Of a stretch of DNA of 64,000 bases, positions 23,500 to 36,590 are shown piece after piece. The notes under the pieces were generated by a model. That model was not told the origin of the DNA, made no database searches, and saw nothing but the letters and a program-made list of their open reading frames with translations. Within the stretch, counting starts at the first letter, position 1. Each line of letters starts with the position of its first letter. The position numbers and the translations under genes are program-made. Origin of the DNA: Takakia lepidozioides (taxonomy: Eukaryota; Plantae; Bryophyta); the NCBI GenBank assembly GCA_030704615.1, contig CM060733.1, forward strand, positions 8,866,001 to 8,930,000, given 5' to 3'.

Positions 23500-25620
23500 C
23501 GGGTCCGGGGCTTGATTTGTTGAAAGTTCGACCGAATGTGGTTATTCTTGACGACCTCTCGCAATCTGTTGATGGTCAAGTACCTCCGATCATTAACCTC
23601 GACGAATATGGTCCTGAAATCAACACCCTTGTGAGAGGCAATGTTTTGCCTCACCGGGTGCAAATGGCACTACTCCTAGGAGTACAAGGGTAAGACGGAA
23701 GAGATCATCTGTTTTTATGCCGGTGATTGCAACCGATAAACATAGCAAAATTATCGTGGACGCCATGGACCGACTCACTTCTATACAAGTGGATATTGAC
23801 ACGAACAGAACCAAGTCGTAGGGGAAAACAGCAAAGAAACATCTCGAAGATATGAAAAGAAGAGATAAGAAGGCCTATATAATGAGTAAAAATATGGTCA
23901 GTGTGCTATCCAATATAAGCACGGCCATGTGTCATGCGTTTATCAAAGATCAAACGAAGATGCCTCCGCCAATCAACCTTTTTGAATCTAGCTCCGAAGA
24001 CAATCAGGATACAATTGAAAGGACTAGCAATTCAATTGAAGACTCTACTGCAGGCAAATTCATTTCAGGCCTCAATTGAACGCAAACACTGAAGACTCAA
24101 CCAAAAACAGTTCTAATCATATTTAGTCTTTACCATTCGAACAGAATTGTATAGGCAACGTAGTATCCATTTGAACATTGACAAGGTTGTATATATTGTA
24201 ATGTTGAGAATAAGGAGTCAAGATATCAACTGCTAGATGAGGATCAACCTCTGCAAATCTCTTTTAGGAATATCCCTTTTTCAGTCTTTTCCTTGTGCAA
24301 AACTTTCACCCCATAACTGTAGGACTCTATTCATGCCTTCTTGTCCTTACAGTGGGAAGGGCACCTTTGCAATAGGGTTTCCTTTGCTAGGTCAATTAAT
24401 TTGGGGCTCTACTCGACTAAGAGCTATGGAGAAAGCTGAATATGACCTGTACTGAGCCTTGGTTTGGTGAGGGGCAGTACCTTGTTGTGCCTCAAATATG
24501 TTACATTGATCTCAAGTCTGAAGCTAAACTCTGAAGCTCAATTGTGAAGCACAATTTTGAAAACCCAAACTTGAATCTCATTTCTGAAACTCATTTCTGT
24601 CATTGAGGTACAATTCTACGTGGTCTCTTGGTCCCTAGATATCCTAAGACGTCTTATACCCGCCTCTTGATCTTGGTGATCTTCTCGTTCCAATTGGACA
24701 TTAAGGCATCGACATCTACATCTCTCCCGTCTAAAATGAGATTGTATAGCATACAACAACACATAACGCCCACATAACGACATCATGAACAAACAATATG
24801 TTGAGGTTACTCTTCAACAACAATTCCTGAGAGGTCTTCTTCAGAATACCGGATGTCTGCTCCACCAAGACCCTTCCCCTGCAAAGATGTCTATTGTATA
24901 ATGGTTCCAAAACTGTATGTCTAATATTTGTACCTTGTTTGTGCGGGATTAACAACCAAGCCAATAATGGATATCCTTTGTCCCCAATGAGATAAGGGCA
25001 AATTCCATCTTGGGATCCAGAGCGCTCAGGGTTGAAGATACCATCATAGATTGCCTTTTGATAGAGAGTGGACAACCACTGATATTCTAGAACACCCGAC
25101 ATGCCTACAAATACATCACGGAGGCGTCTCTCATGGTCAACAACTGCTTGGAGCTGTAAGCTGTGTCCTTTGGATTTGCAGGAAAAGTAATCAGCAACAA
25201 ATGTCCTCTTAGGTTTCTAGATATGAATTTGAGTGCAGTCGATCACGCCATGAACTGAAGAGAGGTCACAATGGTCCTTGAAACCTGTCATTACTCGTTC
25301 CAAATCATCCCCCTGAGGCCATCGAATTTGGCTCCTGAATACTATGATAATAGTACACAAACAAATTCGTGGAGGACCAAATTTACTGTAGATTTCCCTA
25401 TAGCGAAAAAACTCACTACATTGGAGATAATCTACACCATGGGAGAGTTTAGACAAAGAGCACGCTATCCTAATTCCAATAGAAACGGCCACCCTATACT
25501 TCGTGTTTTTTTTCTCAATTAAAGATCGCAATCGTTGAGTGCTCTGTCAATTGCACCACAACCTCCCTGGTCACTCGAAAGTGCTCGATCCATCGTTGAT
25601 TATCATACTACGTCATAAGG
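23500..25620 (-). mobile_element. Decayed PIF/Harbinger transposon: HARBI1-like DDE transposase on - (~24650-25620) and a possible partner ORF remnant on + (~23500-24080)
   Basis: VHGVIDCTQIHI, LQLQAVVDHERRLRDVFVGMSG, YLIGDKGYPLLAWLLIP and YNRHLCRGRVLVEQTSGILK motifs, with stops and frameshifts. Boundaries are approximate. Confidence 0.8.
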
Positions 25621-26248
25621 AAGTTTGAGTGCCACGCAGTGCTCCTCACTTTCACCCAGTCGCCTATTTCCTTACTCGTGAGCAGTTCAAAATTGGAAGA
25701 CAACCTAAAGTGATGCAGGATGAGAGAATTTCAAATTATCACGTCAAGCCTTGGGTATGGAATTTGGAAATCTGGTCAAGGATTCGTGAAATGCTGGGAA
25801 TGGCATTTAATTGGTGTGTAAAACACTGAAGTGTAGCTGCTGGTGAAATGGTAGCCAAAAACGGTTAATAGTATTATATCCTTGAGACCTGCTACCTCTA
25901 GTTGGTCATATCATATCCTTTGTGTTGCCTACTCAAAGGCATAAAGTGTTTCCTGCAATGTTCTTTGTATTGTTGAAGCCAATGCTTTCTTAAAGCTTTG
26001 AAGCAAAGAGCATTTGAAAGGGAAGGATGACGATACTGGCAATAGGTTGATTGTTGTGTACCAAGTATAAGTTATGTAGGTGCTCCGGCCATTTGGTGGG
26101 TGAAGTTTGGTGATTATAGTGGAGTCTCCCTATAAGGTTAAGCTCCTGTTGGGAGTATCATCCTACAATGTTCATCTGAAATCCAACCCTAGAAATCCTC
26201 CTCTAGGGTTGGAAAGGAAGTATACTGACAGAAAGTGCACTTGTGCGG

Positions 26249-26385
26249 TGGTATTGGCATCCCCTATTGATTTTAGCTTGGATGATTATGTGATGTACAT
26301 CCAAGAAGATGAGCTGGTGGAGGTCACACCTTTGAGTGTGCGAATGTGCAAGAACCCAAAGTTGCATAAGAAGGGTGGTAAATGA
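26249..26385 (+). pseudogene. Orphan last exon of a TypA/BipA (SVR3-like) translational GTPase
   Basis: VLASPIDFSLDDYVMYIQEDELVEVTPLSVRMCKNPKLHKKGGK* is the TypA C-terminal signature. The acceptor appears degraded (TGCGG) and no other TypA exons were seen. Confidence 0.75.
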
Positions 26386-27461
26386 GGATGTGAAGTAGCA
26401 ACATCTTGTCTTGTCAAACTTGGGACACGACTTTCATTGACCGCCACATTATGACATTAAATGAATTAGAACCACACAAAATGTTATGTGCTTACTCATT
26501 TGAGGCATCCTTAATGCGCCCACCTTTGGCATACATGTCACAATGGCCACACTTACACACAAGACATTTGACAGAGGGCTCAGCGTAGTGAGTTGTATAG
26601 ATTAAAGCAATTCATGGCGTCTAACAAAGAATTGTTATTCTTAGTGAACTTTGAAAAGATGTGACTTCGGTATAGTACTGACAGTCTTCATCATATTGTA
26701 TACTTGATTGTTCTCAGTCCCTTGTGTAGTACACATACAGTGTACTACACACTATTGATTTTTTCTGCTGTCAGTGTATTTGTTTTCCACCATGGGTGTT
26801 AGTTTACAAAACATGGGTCAGACTTGTTGTCCGAGAGGTGTATTATGGAAAGTGTTAATAGTGAGGTACATTTGTAAGATGTATCATGGGTTTACAAGCT
26901 TCGAAGATTTTACAACAGGGTTCCAAGTGGCTTGCAGGTTGCATATTAAGAATGGCAGCAATTGGAAACGCTTAGAGTCTGGATCCAAGGGTTCTCTCTT
27001 TTCTTAAATACTTACTAACTTCAGGACAAAAGCCATTTTCATGTGAGGTGACTTACATGAACAGTGTGGGCGTGTGAGTGCTCTATCATAGATATGCAAT
27101 CTATTGTCTTAGAAAATTTTGTGTTGACTTGCCAACCTTTTCACATCTGCTCCTGCTATCATGTAGAGAAGTTAAGCATTTTTTAATCAGTCAAGTTCTG
27201 CATAGGTCATTTGATTGCAACATAATGCGGTGATGAAGGTCTTCAGATACTAGTGTATGCCTAACGCCTTACACGATTTGTAGCACCTCAAACTACTCCT
27301 CATCTTGGCATTGACAAATATCTCCTGCAATCAAACATGTGTGGACCTCGCAGCCCTTACATAAATGGCCACCCCCTGTCCAGTTCTTGTGCATGGCCAA
27401 CTTTCATGCAAGCAAATTGGGCCTACATCAATAATATTTGAATCTTGAGTCCGACAACAAC

Positions 27462-29700
27462 CTACGGCCCAAGAGTAATCTCACGTGCTGAGATTCGCAT
27501 GAGACCGCAATCTTTGGGAGCTATATATGGTGGGTGTCATGGACATAGCCCAGAGGAACTTACCAGGAGTAAATACCAGAAATTACCAAGTTATCATGTT
27601 ATCGGAAGTTACCATGACTACCGTGATTTACCGTGATCTACCATGATTTATCATTACTTACCAAGTTCCGGGAGTTTATCAAATTACTAACAGTAACTTG
27701 GGAAACTGCTCAGGAAGCTTCTTTTGGATGAAACTTCTCCATCAATATACCTCATTTGTTTAAGGAAGTTTCTCCATCAAGAAACCTCCATAGGGGAAGC
27801 TTCTTAGGGAACTTCTTAGTAGCCAGTATATATAGGAGGCGAGACTGGACACTCTTCAGTCTCGCCAACACATTTTCAAGCTACTCTTGTTCCCAGTCCC
27901 AGTACTCCAGTCCAGCTTCCAGTACTCTAGTCCAATTTCCAATATCTGGTACTCCTGTCCAGTTTCCAGCATTCCAGTATTCCAGTATTCGAGTCGAGTT
28001 CCAGTATCTTGTACTCTTGTCCATTGTTATAAAGATCATCTTGATTCATGTTTACCCACCATGCATTCGGCCACGCCGACCTTGACTTCTTGTCTAGTCT
28101 TGTATCTCTAGCCTGATCTCTTATTTGTGTTCAGTCATGTTCTCGTCTTTGACAGGGATGTATAGAGGAGGTCATCACAGCCAGGGGTGCGCACACAGCT
28201 CCAGTCCAGTAGACTTGAAAAGAGGACAATGAAGATCATCAACTGGTTGACAACATAACGCTGACCGATGCACCGGTGGGGACCTATACCAAATACCAAA
28301 TAATTGTGTTTATACACTATGTCTTCTTGACGCTTAGGAGAAAACCGATCGGGATCAAATTTGTAAAGGTCAGGAAAGCCCTGGAATGATGATTCCAAAA
28401 GAGAAGGGAACACCAGAGTTCCTTTAAGAACCGTGTATTCTTTTGATATCTAGAAATCCACACTGGCAACATGGGGGACCATGGTGGCAGGCGGCCGATA
28501 CCTCAGCACCTCCTTCACCACCGCTTCAACGTACCTCAACTCTCGTAGCTGCTCCGGAGTGAAGGGCGCATCGTTCTTAGATCGAAGTCGAGCTAGCTCT
28601 TGGCGCAATGTCTTGAGCACCTCGGGATGAGACTCAATTAAAGTTGCAGCCCACACCAGTGAGGACGTCGACGCATCTTGTGCTGCAAACAGAAAGTCAA
28701 ACATGTGTTGGCAAACTTCGTCGTCAGAGCTGTGAGGTGGCATTGGTGCTCCAGTCTTCTTGGCCTCTTCAATCTCCTTCAAAATCTCGGTCATCCAAAA
28801 GTCTACAATGCATTGCGGCTCCTCCTCGCGATCCATTCGAATCTTTCTCTGGGTTGCGCAGTTGCCCAGTGTCTTCGCCAAGTGCTTCACCGCATGGGTT
28901 GCTTTGTAGAATGCGGATCCTGGTAAATATATAGGCACACCCAACAGTCCGACATTGAATAGATTGTAATCCTTGGTGAACTGCTCTCGGACTTTGGGTA
29001 TGAGATAAGGCCCCACGAAAACATTATGTGACGTCTCCAAATTCATGTCCCGACACAGTAACTTGAGGTGGAGGGGTTTGTCGGTCGCAGCTGCAAGAGC
29101 AATCCATTTCTTAATGTGCTCTCGCATGGTCTTTTCTTGGATGCACAAGTAAACTCCTAAAGCTTTCTGTGTGAAGAGCGGGGCCAAGCAACGTCGCATA
29201 TCCTTGTGTTCTTCACCAGCCAGAAAAATGAGATTTGCCTCTCCAAAAATCTTCTTCCCCAGCGGATGCCCAACAAATTGGAACACATCGGGGCGTACAT
29301 TGAGAAGAACTTTTACAGATATCTCCAAATCGCGGACCAGCAGACAAAATTTTCCCAGCAGCACGTTCCATGAGAGACCCGTACTATTTCTGGCAAATTT
29401 TCCCTGCATTTCCCAGAAGCTAGCTGGGTCGGACAGCATACCCACCAAGCTGCCAATGAATGGAACCACCATCGAAGGGCCAGAAAGGTTCCCCTTCTTT
29501 CACATGAAGCCAAGGTGCTCATAGTAAATGTAGACTGCCACCAGGAAGCCCAGACACAACCACCAATCGGTTGAGTTTCCCGGCCATTGAAACACAGAGA
29601 GCTTGTCCACCATCATCTTCAGGCTGTTCATGAAGCAATCTCCAGCTTATGTCTCCGCTCTTGCTTCCATCAAAGATGAATCGGTGCTTGTATCTACCAT
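27462..29700 (-). pseudogene. CYP710A: CYP710A sterol C22-desaturase pseudogene (intronless), interrupted by a solo LTR
   Basis: Motifs FDFLFAAQDASTSS, EVLRYRPPATMVPH, FDPDRF and heme FGIGPHRCIG. In-frame stops at ~29648, ~29503 and 28450. The C-terminus PTI..APKDCG..* resumes at 27534-27462 beyond the LTR. Confidence 0.9.
27535..28154 (+). mobile_element. Solo LTR inserted near the CYP710 3' end
   Basis: Termini TGTCATGGAC...GTCTTTGACA (8/10 inverted match), internal TATATATAGG box and short tandem motifs. CYP710 sequence is continuous on both sides. TSD is not clean. Confidence 0.7.
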
Positions 29701-30149
29701 GGTGCTTGAACTTCAGCTAGAATGAATAATTCACTTCTGAATTCTTGTTTTATGTTATTTGCGGTTTGCTGACGCCGCATGCACTCTTTCTATGGTGCAT
29801 CAAGCTTTATCTATCGAAGCAAGAGCTTGGAGCGTGAGGTCGATAAGCTACTAGTTCGGATTTGGAGTAGTTACCCTATCGACGGAGACAAGCCCAAGAA
29901 TCTATAGATTTGCAAAAAAATTATCTCCCCGCTATTAGTTTATCACTCACCGTAACTCCAAGTGATAGCGCAGGTGATAGCAAAGACAAGTCAGCTCGTG
30001 TCGACAGTACTCAGTTAGGTCTAAAGTCTGAATGGCGATAGTCATACCGGGGTTTCCTAAAACAACGTTAAGGTCTAGTGTGGCATTTTCTGCCGCAAAC
30101 GCGGAGGTTTCTCAGGCCGAAAATCAAGCCACGACCCCGCCACTCACAT

Positions 30150-30214
30150 GGTCACCATTCTGCATGCAGAATGGCGACCGGATCAAAAACTCGCCATTCT
30201 GTATGCAGAATGGC
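30150..30214. repeat. Two adjacent palindromes
   Basis: GGTCACCATTCTGCATGCAGAATGGCGACC (30150-30179) and GCCATTCTGTATGCAGAATGGC (30193-30214). Confidence 0.7.
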
Positions 30215-32542
30215 TTCCCAGAAATGCCACCCCAGACCTTAACGCCATTGAAGGCACCGGGCAGCATCATTCTGCTCGGTTCGTTGCCCGTCCTCGAATT
30301 CTGGCAAGCCCGTTATCCTCGAACAGGCAGCTTACCGAGCAGAATGGTGCTGCCCGGCACCTTCTATAGTACGTTATCGACAAGTGTGAACGTACCACTC
30401 AGCAACTGTGGCAGTGGGTACTGAAGCTTCCCGACGTTGAATGTGATTGAATGAGTGAGTGTTGTCACATCAAAAACATCAATGCATGTCAATCACCTAG
30501 AGACATCACTTGCAGCCATAGACCCCCATGCCCATGAACAATGAGGTGAATAGAGAACAACTCAAGAAAGATTGCATTCCAAACGCCCTTCCAGTAATGC
30601 AATAAACTAATGGCTAAGATATATCCTTTCTCAACTTTTTCTTGTTCTTTTTCCCATCTCTCTCACCCTGCTCCTTGTGCTTCCTTGAGAATATCTCTGT
30701 CACCACACTCACTTCTTTTTCATCCCCCGGCAATTTCTTTTCTGGCGATTGGTCAAAATCTGCACCCAAAATTATTCATCAGCCAAGTTTCAACAGTGCT
30801 ACCACTATCAGAACCAAGCATACATCAACTTGCACTGATCCAGCTGCGAAAGTGTTCTTTCAAAACCTGCACGCAATCAAAAGACATAATATTTGTACAT
30901 TTCCTCTGTTATCCAAAAATTGAGTAGTGGTAAAGCTTACAAAGCTAATGTACTAATGGGGTGCTGTGCACGGGTCCTCTAAGCCATTCCATAAGCTCTA
31001 TTGGGATGAAGGGGAGAAGATCGGGGAAGGAGGACAGGGGAAGGGAAAGCAGCAAGGCCATTCCAGTCGGAGCACTCGTGTGGTGAAACTTGTCTTTAAT
31101 ATGCTAGCCGATCATATTAATCTTACCCTCTACCATCCCTTCTCATCACAGAATTCCAACCAACGGACGTGCACAGCTTTTGGCCTTGTCCTAGGCTTTT
31201 AAGAACAGGTGCATTGGCAGCAGTCTGTATCAAAAGAGGCCCTCTCATTGAGCAGACTACTGAATCAGATTGGATGTGGATACATTTTGTCTGACCTGGA
31301 TTAGCTTGCTGTACAGAGGTAGCCCACTTGAAGTACAAGCTTGGGCAAATGACTAACATGGAGAGGCATTTTAGACAATATTAGTTCCAGTTCCTCGTTA
31401 ACAGTGTGAAGCAGCCGTTAGTAGATTTGCATTGGGCTTCAGCTTGTTCAGCTTGAAGCAACATATACCTGTGGCCTTGAGGGGGACAGATTGGACAATC
31501 CTCCAAAACTCATCTCCATTCAAAAGGACTGGTATATTCTTCAGATCAAAGTCGGCACCCATGATTCCCTTCTAAGCCGAATGTCACTCTGGAGGAGAGC
31601 CATAACGGGCAGTACTGCTTGGAGGCTATCTGTCTTCTTGGAATTGCCCTCCCTCACAAGAGACCCATGCTCAAGGATGGTTAAGGAACTCCAGCAACAT
31701 GGACCTTTTCACTGCCATTATCTCCCTGAAGTTGAAAAACTGTGACAGTGCTCAGATTTCCCTCCCACCATTTGTACGTGAGCCAACCAGCAGCAGTCCC
31801 AGGAAAATTCAGCTCCCAAATCGCTCTAAAAGGAAACTCTTCCTCGCCCCAAAACCACTTTCCATTGCAGTCAACTTGCCCTTAAATGCTATGAGACCAG
31901 GCCTGCTCTAATGCTCAATGCTCTTTTGCTCACATTATCTTTCTTATGCTCTTATCTGAAAACAGCAAAGCAACCCTTCACACATCGGTCCCTGTAGATT
32001 TTCAGGATTATCCCAAAGAGCAGCAATATCATCAGCGGGGATGGGGCGTATGGCTACCTTTTATAAAGGTTCATGACATCAAGGAATTAATTAAAACACG
32101 CGGAAGGGGACAAGAGAGTGCAGCACTGGGCTACTCTCTGACCTATGTCTCAGAAGTCTTGTAGCCCAGACCAGCTCCGACTACTATATTACTAACTCTG
32201 ATTGTGGAGGCCAACAGCCTGAGGTAAGTCCATTACATCATAGGCTTGTTGAACATCCACAAAAAGACACAAGTAGGTTTTTTGGTGCACCACAGGGACC
32301 CCAGGAGGTCATCCCAGTACTATTCTACAAAGGGGGAAAAGAAAGAGGTAAGAAGTGTAGTACATCAGCGGGATGTAAAGAGAGCCCAGGTAAATGGCAC
32401 AGTTGAACCACAGAAACCAAAGAATAAATCAAACCCCAAACATTGCAAGGTGGAGCGTGTCATGCAGCTAACCTACACATTCTGGCTTCTCATATGCTCA
32501 AGGCCTCTGCCAGGGACAAGGAGAGGGTATACACCAGCTTAC

Positions 32543-33966
32543 CTTCCTTAGCATGAGAGTCAGAAGCCCTCACTTCTGGCTTTGCTGTCGCAGCTGGTAA
32601 TTCTGAACTGATTCCCGTAGGTCGTTTGAAGCTCACTTGGCAAGAAATTTTGCGGACTTCAACACACATACAGCACAAGCACAAACTAATTTTAGTCCCG
32701 GAAGGATCTTCTTCAAATTTATGTCAATGCCAATCTTCAATGTCAACACAGGACCTGATATGTGAGCGATGAATAACAGTTTTGTACGGGTCTGTTTGAA
32801 GATGCTGTCAGATCCAGCAAGCAAAGACTTTGTTACTTGCGATATCTGTGATTGGCATAGTCACCACGCATGGCCTCACATGGAGCACAAAGTGTGTGGT
32901 GAGAGATTTTGTGCTACGTGCAAGTGTTGCTCTCCCTATATACAACAAGCTTGGACAGTAACAGACCATGATATTGAGCCGATGAGTCAGGCAGAATAGC
33001 AAATGTTTCTGACCCTTCCACTTCTTGTTTCAGCACATCATACATCTCCCCTGCCGCCACATCAAAAGTTATGAAGGATTTGCAATATGAAGGCATCTCA
33101 AAAGGACCAATCCAACAAAATTTTGGAGATGTTGGGCAAATATGGTGAACACATATCAAAGCTTGAGCTTGGTTGCTACTCAGTGAAACCAAGTGCAGGA
33201 ATTTTAACGTCTAATATGACAAGAGGTCCACAATGGAAGGGGACATGAGTCTGATAGGAATGGGGACATTAACCACGGGAGTTGTAGAAGTGTCCAAGTT
33301 TGCCATCAGAATCACCGCTCTGCATTCCCCATTGTTTGTCCATAAGGTCTTTTGATGCTAGCTGCAGAGACATGCTGTCCTAGGATTCAGTAAAAGGTTG
33401 AATACTTGCTGAGTAGACAAAAGAGGCTTGCATAACACACATGCGAGTACTTTTCATAGCCAGTCTGTAGAAGTTAAAGCTATTATTCAAAAAGTCTCTT
33501 TCCGCCCCCTTAAAAAGTTGCTAGTACATGTGTGGGGATGAACGTCTTCTCTTCTGGCAAGAACAGTAATCCCTGCCTCTATTCTAGGAGCAAGAAAGAG
33601 AAAGAGAAAGAGAAAGGGAAGGAGAGAGAGAGAGAGAGTGTGTGTGTGGGTGTGGGTGTGTGCTTGCACAGTTTAGGGGGAGAGAGATAGAGTAAATCAT
33701 CAATTTAATTTTGGAAAATCCTGAGCCAACATTTTGACTCGCTCCTCTTCAACTATGTCAGAAAGCATAAGAATGTTGGCTCGGAGGACTCTGTCCCTCA
33801 GGAAAACCTGGATGTAAACAGTAAAAGCACCGAACTAGAAAGGTGAGGGTCAGTTACTTCGTTTGCCGGAAGCTGAATGAGCCATAGCTCCGTATTGTCG
33901 GAACCTGCCTCCTCCACTAGAGGCACCAAACTCTCCAGCTGTTTGAAATTGTCCGGTGGCTTGTAT
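32543..33966 (-). CDS. Mediator-associated protein 2-like gene (possibly related to Pol I A34/PAF49); internal exons only
   Basis: Phase-compatible exons 33858-33966 (YKPPDNF..ELWLIQLPANE), 33274-33361 (..SDGKLGHF), 32967-33050 (GEMYDV..FAILPDS) and 32543-32656 (VRKISCQVSF). First and last exons are unresolved; a candidate ATG lies at ~34990. Confidence 0.65.
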
Positions 33967-34397
33967 CTGCACAGACGTAATTTGAATGTGTTGTGGAAAG
34001 TTGAATCAAATGAACTCACAGAGGTCAGGCTTAGGGTTGCACACTAGCAGGTTTGAAAACGTAAAGATTAGGGAGAGCTGCTTCCATCTCTCCAAGGACA
34101 ACCATCTATATCCCCAGTGTGCAAACCGGAACACAAGCAATCCAAAGGCAAGGGTGCTGCCAACAACTGTATGGTGATTTATATCTCTTTTGCCAATCAA
34201 TTTCAAAAAAGTTTCACAGAGTGTAAAATTACGGATCAGATTCCACCATCTGTAAGGAATGTCCTGCATCATGGTTGTTCCTCTGTTGCACACCATACCA
34301 ACACATACTCAGTGTCATAATAGAGTGAGAATCCCACGACTAGCTCCTGGAGCCTGAAACTGCAGCCCGTTGGCACGTCCAAATTTTGAGGGACGCA

Positions 34398-34400
<3 letters not shown>

Positions 34401-34447
<47 letters not shown>
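34401..34447. repeat. (CT)n microsatellite
   Basis: About 23 perfect CT units. Confidence 0.95.
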
Positions 34448-34449
<2 letters not shown>

Positions 34450-34791
34450 GTCACGACTATCAAAACTGCAAGCAAGTGCATGGTCGAAGGACCACAGTAA
34501 GCACAGTTGACTCAACGTACACTGTCATGTTTCATCGTTAGACCAAATCCCCCTGTCACTCCCCGTAGATCAAATGATTGTAGCATGGAAACTAACTACA
34601 AACCAGCAATTAATGCATTACTTGCTTTTACCAACTCCAAGGTTGCAAGGGCGGCGGGAGGAGGAATAGACAGATGACTCTTCAGCAGGCTGAGCTTCGT
34701 CACCCCGTCTGAATCCTTTTATCTGCTTCTGTATCTTGTTTATTTCCCTTCGCAGGAAAATCCAGACGTGTGGTGGGTGAGGGTAAAGGGG

Positions 34792-34799
34792 TAGGGTTT
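34792..34799 (-). promoter_or_regulatory. Possible telo-box (AAACCCTA) in the 5' region of the MED-associated gene
   Basis: TAGGGTTT on +. Telo-boxes are common near plant translation and ribosome-biogenesis genes, but an 8-mer alone is weak evidence. Confidence 0.3.
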
Positions 34800-35728
34800 A
34801 AGCAGACAAGAAGCCAACTACGTACCAACCTAAAACCAGATTCCAGTTATCCTCCACTGAACGACAGCGGCACCCCACTTACTAGAGCTTAACAAGCAAA
34901 AACACACCAACTATTTCTCAGTCCAATCCAAGAGTATACTTCAACAAAAGGAGGGTTAGAAACAGGAACCTCCATGAACCCAGCACCCATTGCCCGGCAA
35001 CCAGTCGACCACCCGAGCTCTCAGTGAGATTAGGGCACAGCAGAAGATCGCATCCCCTCGACAACAATATTACTCACGCACATAATACTTATCATACGTG
35101 AAAGGTAGGTGACATGTATGTTCCCACCTTGTTCGCAGAAAGAAGGGTATCAAAGGCGCCTGAACCATCTCCTCCTCTCGAGATGGTGTACCCTCTGGCA
35201 ATCAAGGTTGGGTTCTATCCAAATTAACAATGCTTTGTGCAAATTACGGAATTCAAAATCATGAACGATCACATGGGAGAGTACCGATGATGGACTCCGG
35301 CGCCCTCTTTCCGGAAAACAGCTGCAACTAAGGGCTACTAATGCTCAAACCCCTTTCCAGATTAGTTCTTTTGTAGGCCTTGAGTGAAGTGTCCGGTGAG
35401 CTTGTGGAGACTGGCTGCTGTATTCGATTTATGTCACCTCATTCACCATCACTATTCTGTCATCTTGGGAGACCTCTATGTACGCAGATTTGGTACTTTT
35501 TAAAAGGGCAGTCGGAATTTCCTGTTAATGCAAAAGATCAGTGGAGTTTGAATGCCATGGATGTTGAAAGTACAGGGCTATCGATATTGTGCTGGAGGCC
35601 AAGGATGGAAGGTGAAAAAAAAGGGAAACTGTGTCTGGTTAGAGGATTAAAGGTAATGTCCCAGTGCTCTTTTCATCATTGATAGTGATGAGCAAGATAC
35701 TTGTTTTCTACGGGTTGTCTTCTAACAG

Positions 35729-35932
35729 TGAGGATGCTGAGCAGGCCTATTCGTGTGTTGGCGTCAATAATGTGACTCGTGCTTTGGAAAAGACTTCAAA
35801 CAGCAACCCCGCAGGTGTGAGAGAAGGGGAACCAGAGACAAAATGCTTGAAGACGGGCATAACGCAGACTGGGAGATGTTGAATTTGGGGCAGTCTCTTA
35901 GTCCACAAGACCTGAATGTTACGCAATTACAG
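35729..35932 (+). pseudogene. Possible exon of an L7Ae-family (RNase P/MRP RPP38-like) gene with an in-frame stop
   Basis: AG/GT-bounded segment encoding CVGVNNVTRALEK (resembles L7Ae GVNEVTRxLE) and ending QLQ. TGA at 35880. Confidence 0.3.
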
Positions 35933-36469
35933 GTTAGTGGCTTGCATAAGTCGTTCACTTGAATTCTGTCACTCTCTCCTTCCTGTATTTGTCAACTTTC
36001 CTATAAGCAGTTGACTTCTCAGTAGAATTTATTTCTGGTAATGCTCATTGTTTGTATGCATGGCAGATTTCAGAAAATATCAGTCTAAGTTATGTAAAGA
36101 GTGGGGCTTTGCAGGAGTATCTTGAGCATCCTCCCATCATGCAAAACAGTATATCCAGATGTAGCTGAGTTTTATGTTTTTTTTCTGGTTTAGAATTACT
36201 TGAGGACCATCTACTCCCACATGGGCTCTCTGCTAGACCTGCAAAATATTAGTGCTGCGCCAGTGAACTAGGACCTATTATACAAGGTCCAGGTATGCTT
36301 TCTCACTGATTTTTGCACCGGTTGGCTTGGATACGTAATTAGGATCAAGGGACTAATTAGGTTCATTTGGAGTAGCTGGTTGACATATGTTGAAGTCCTT
36401 CACAATTGTACACAGCTGCTTATTTGTAACTGCTTCAGTCCTGGTTGATCAAGCAAAGTAGTTGAAAGC

Positions 36470-36590
36470 ATGAGACGTTGTTTTTGTAGCCTTGTGGCAA
36501 TAGACCCCCACATTCAGTTTGGGCGGCACAAGGGGGAACACACATTACCTTGTGAGGGCTCAGTCCAGTAGTGGGACTTACCATGATATA
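36470..36590 (-). mobile_element. Short 3'-end copy of the RTE/RTEX-like LINE
   Basis: GAGACGTTGTTTTTGTAGCCTTGTGGCAATAGACCCC..GAGGGCTCAGTCCAGTAGTGGGACTTACC. Confidence 0.75.

Noticed and set aside
28450-29650. Premature stops in CYP710 repaired by U-to-C RNA editing
   Set aside because: Plant U-to-C editing is organellar. This locus is nuclear and is also broken by an LTR and frameshifts.
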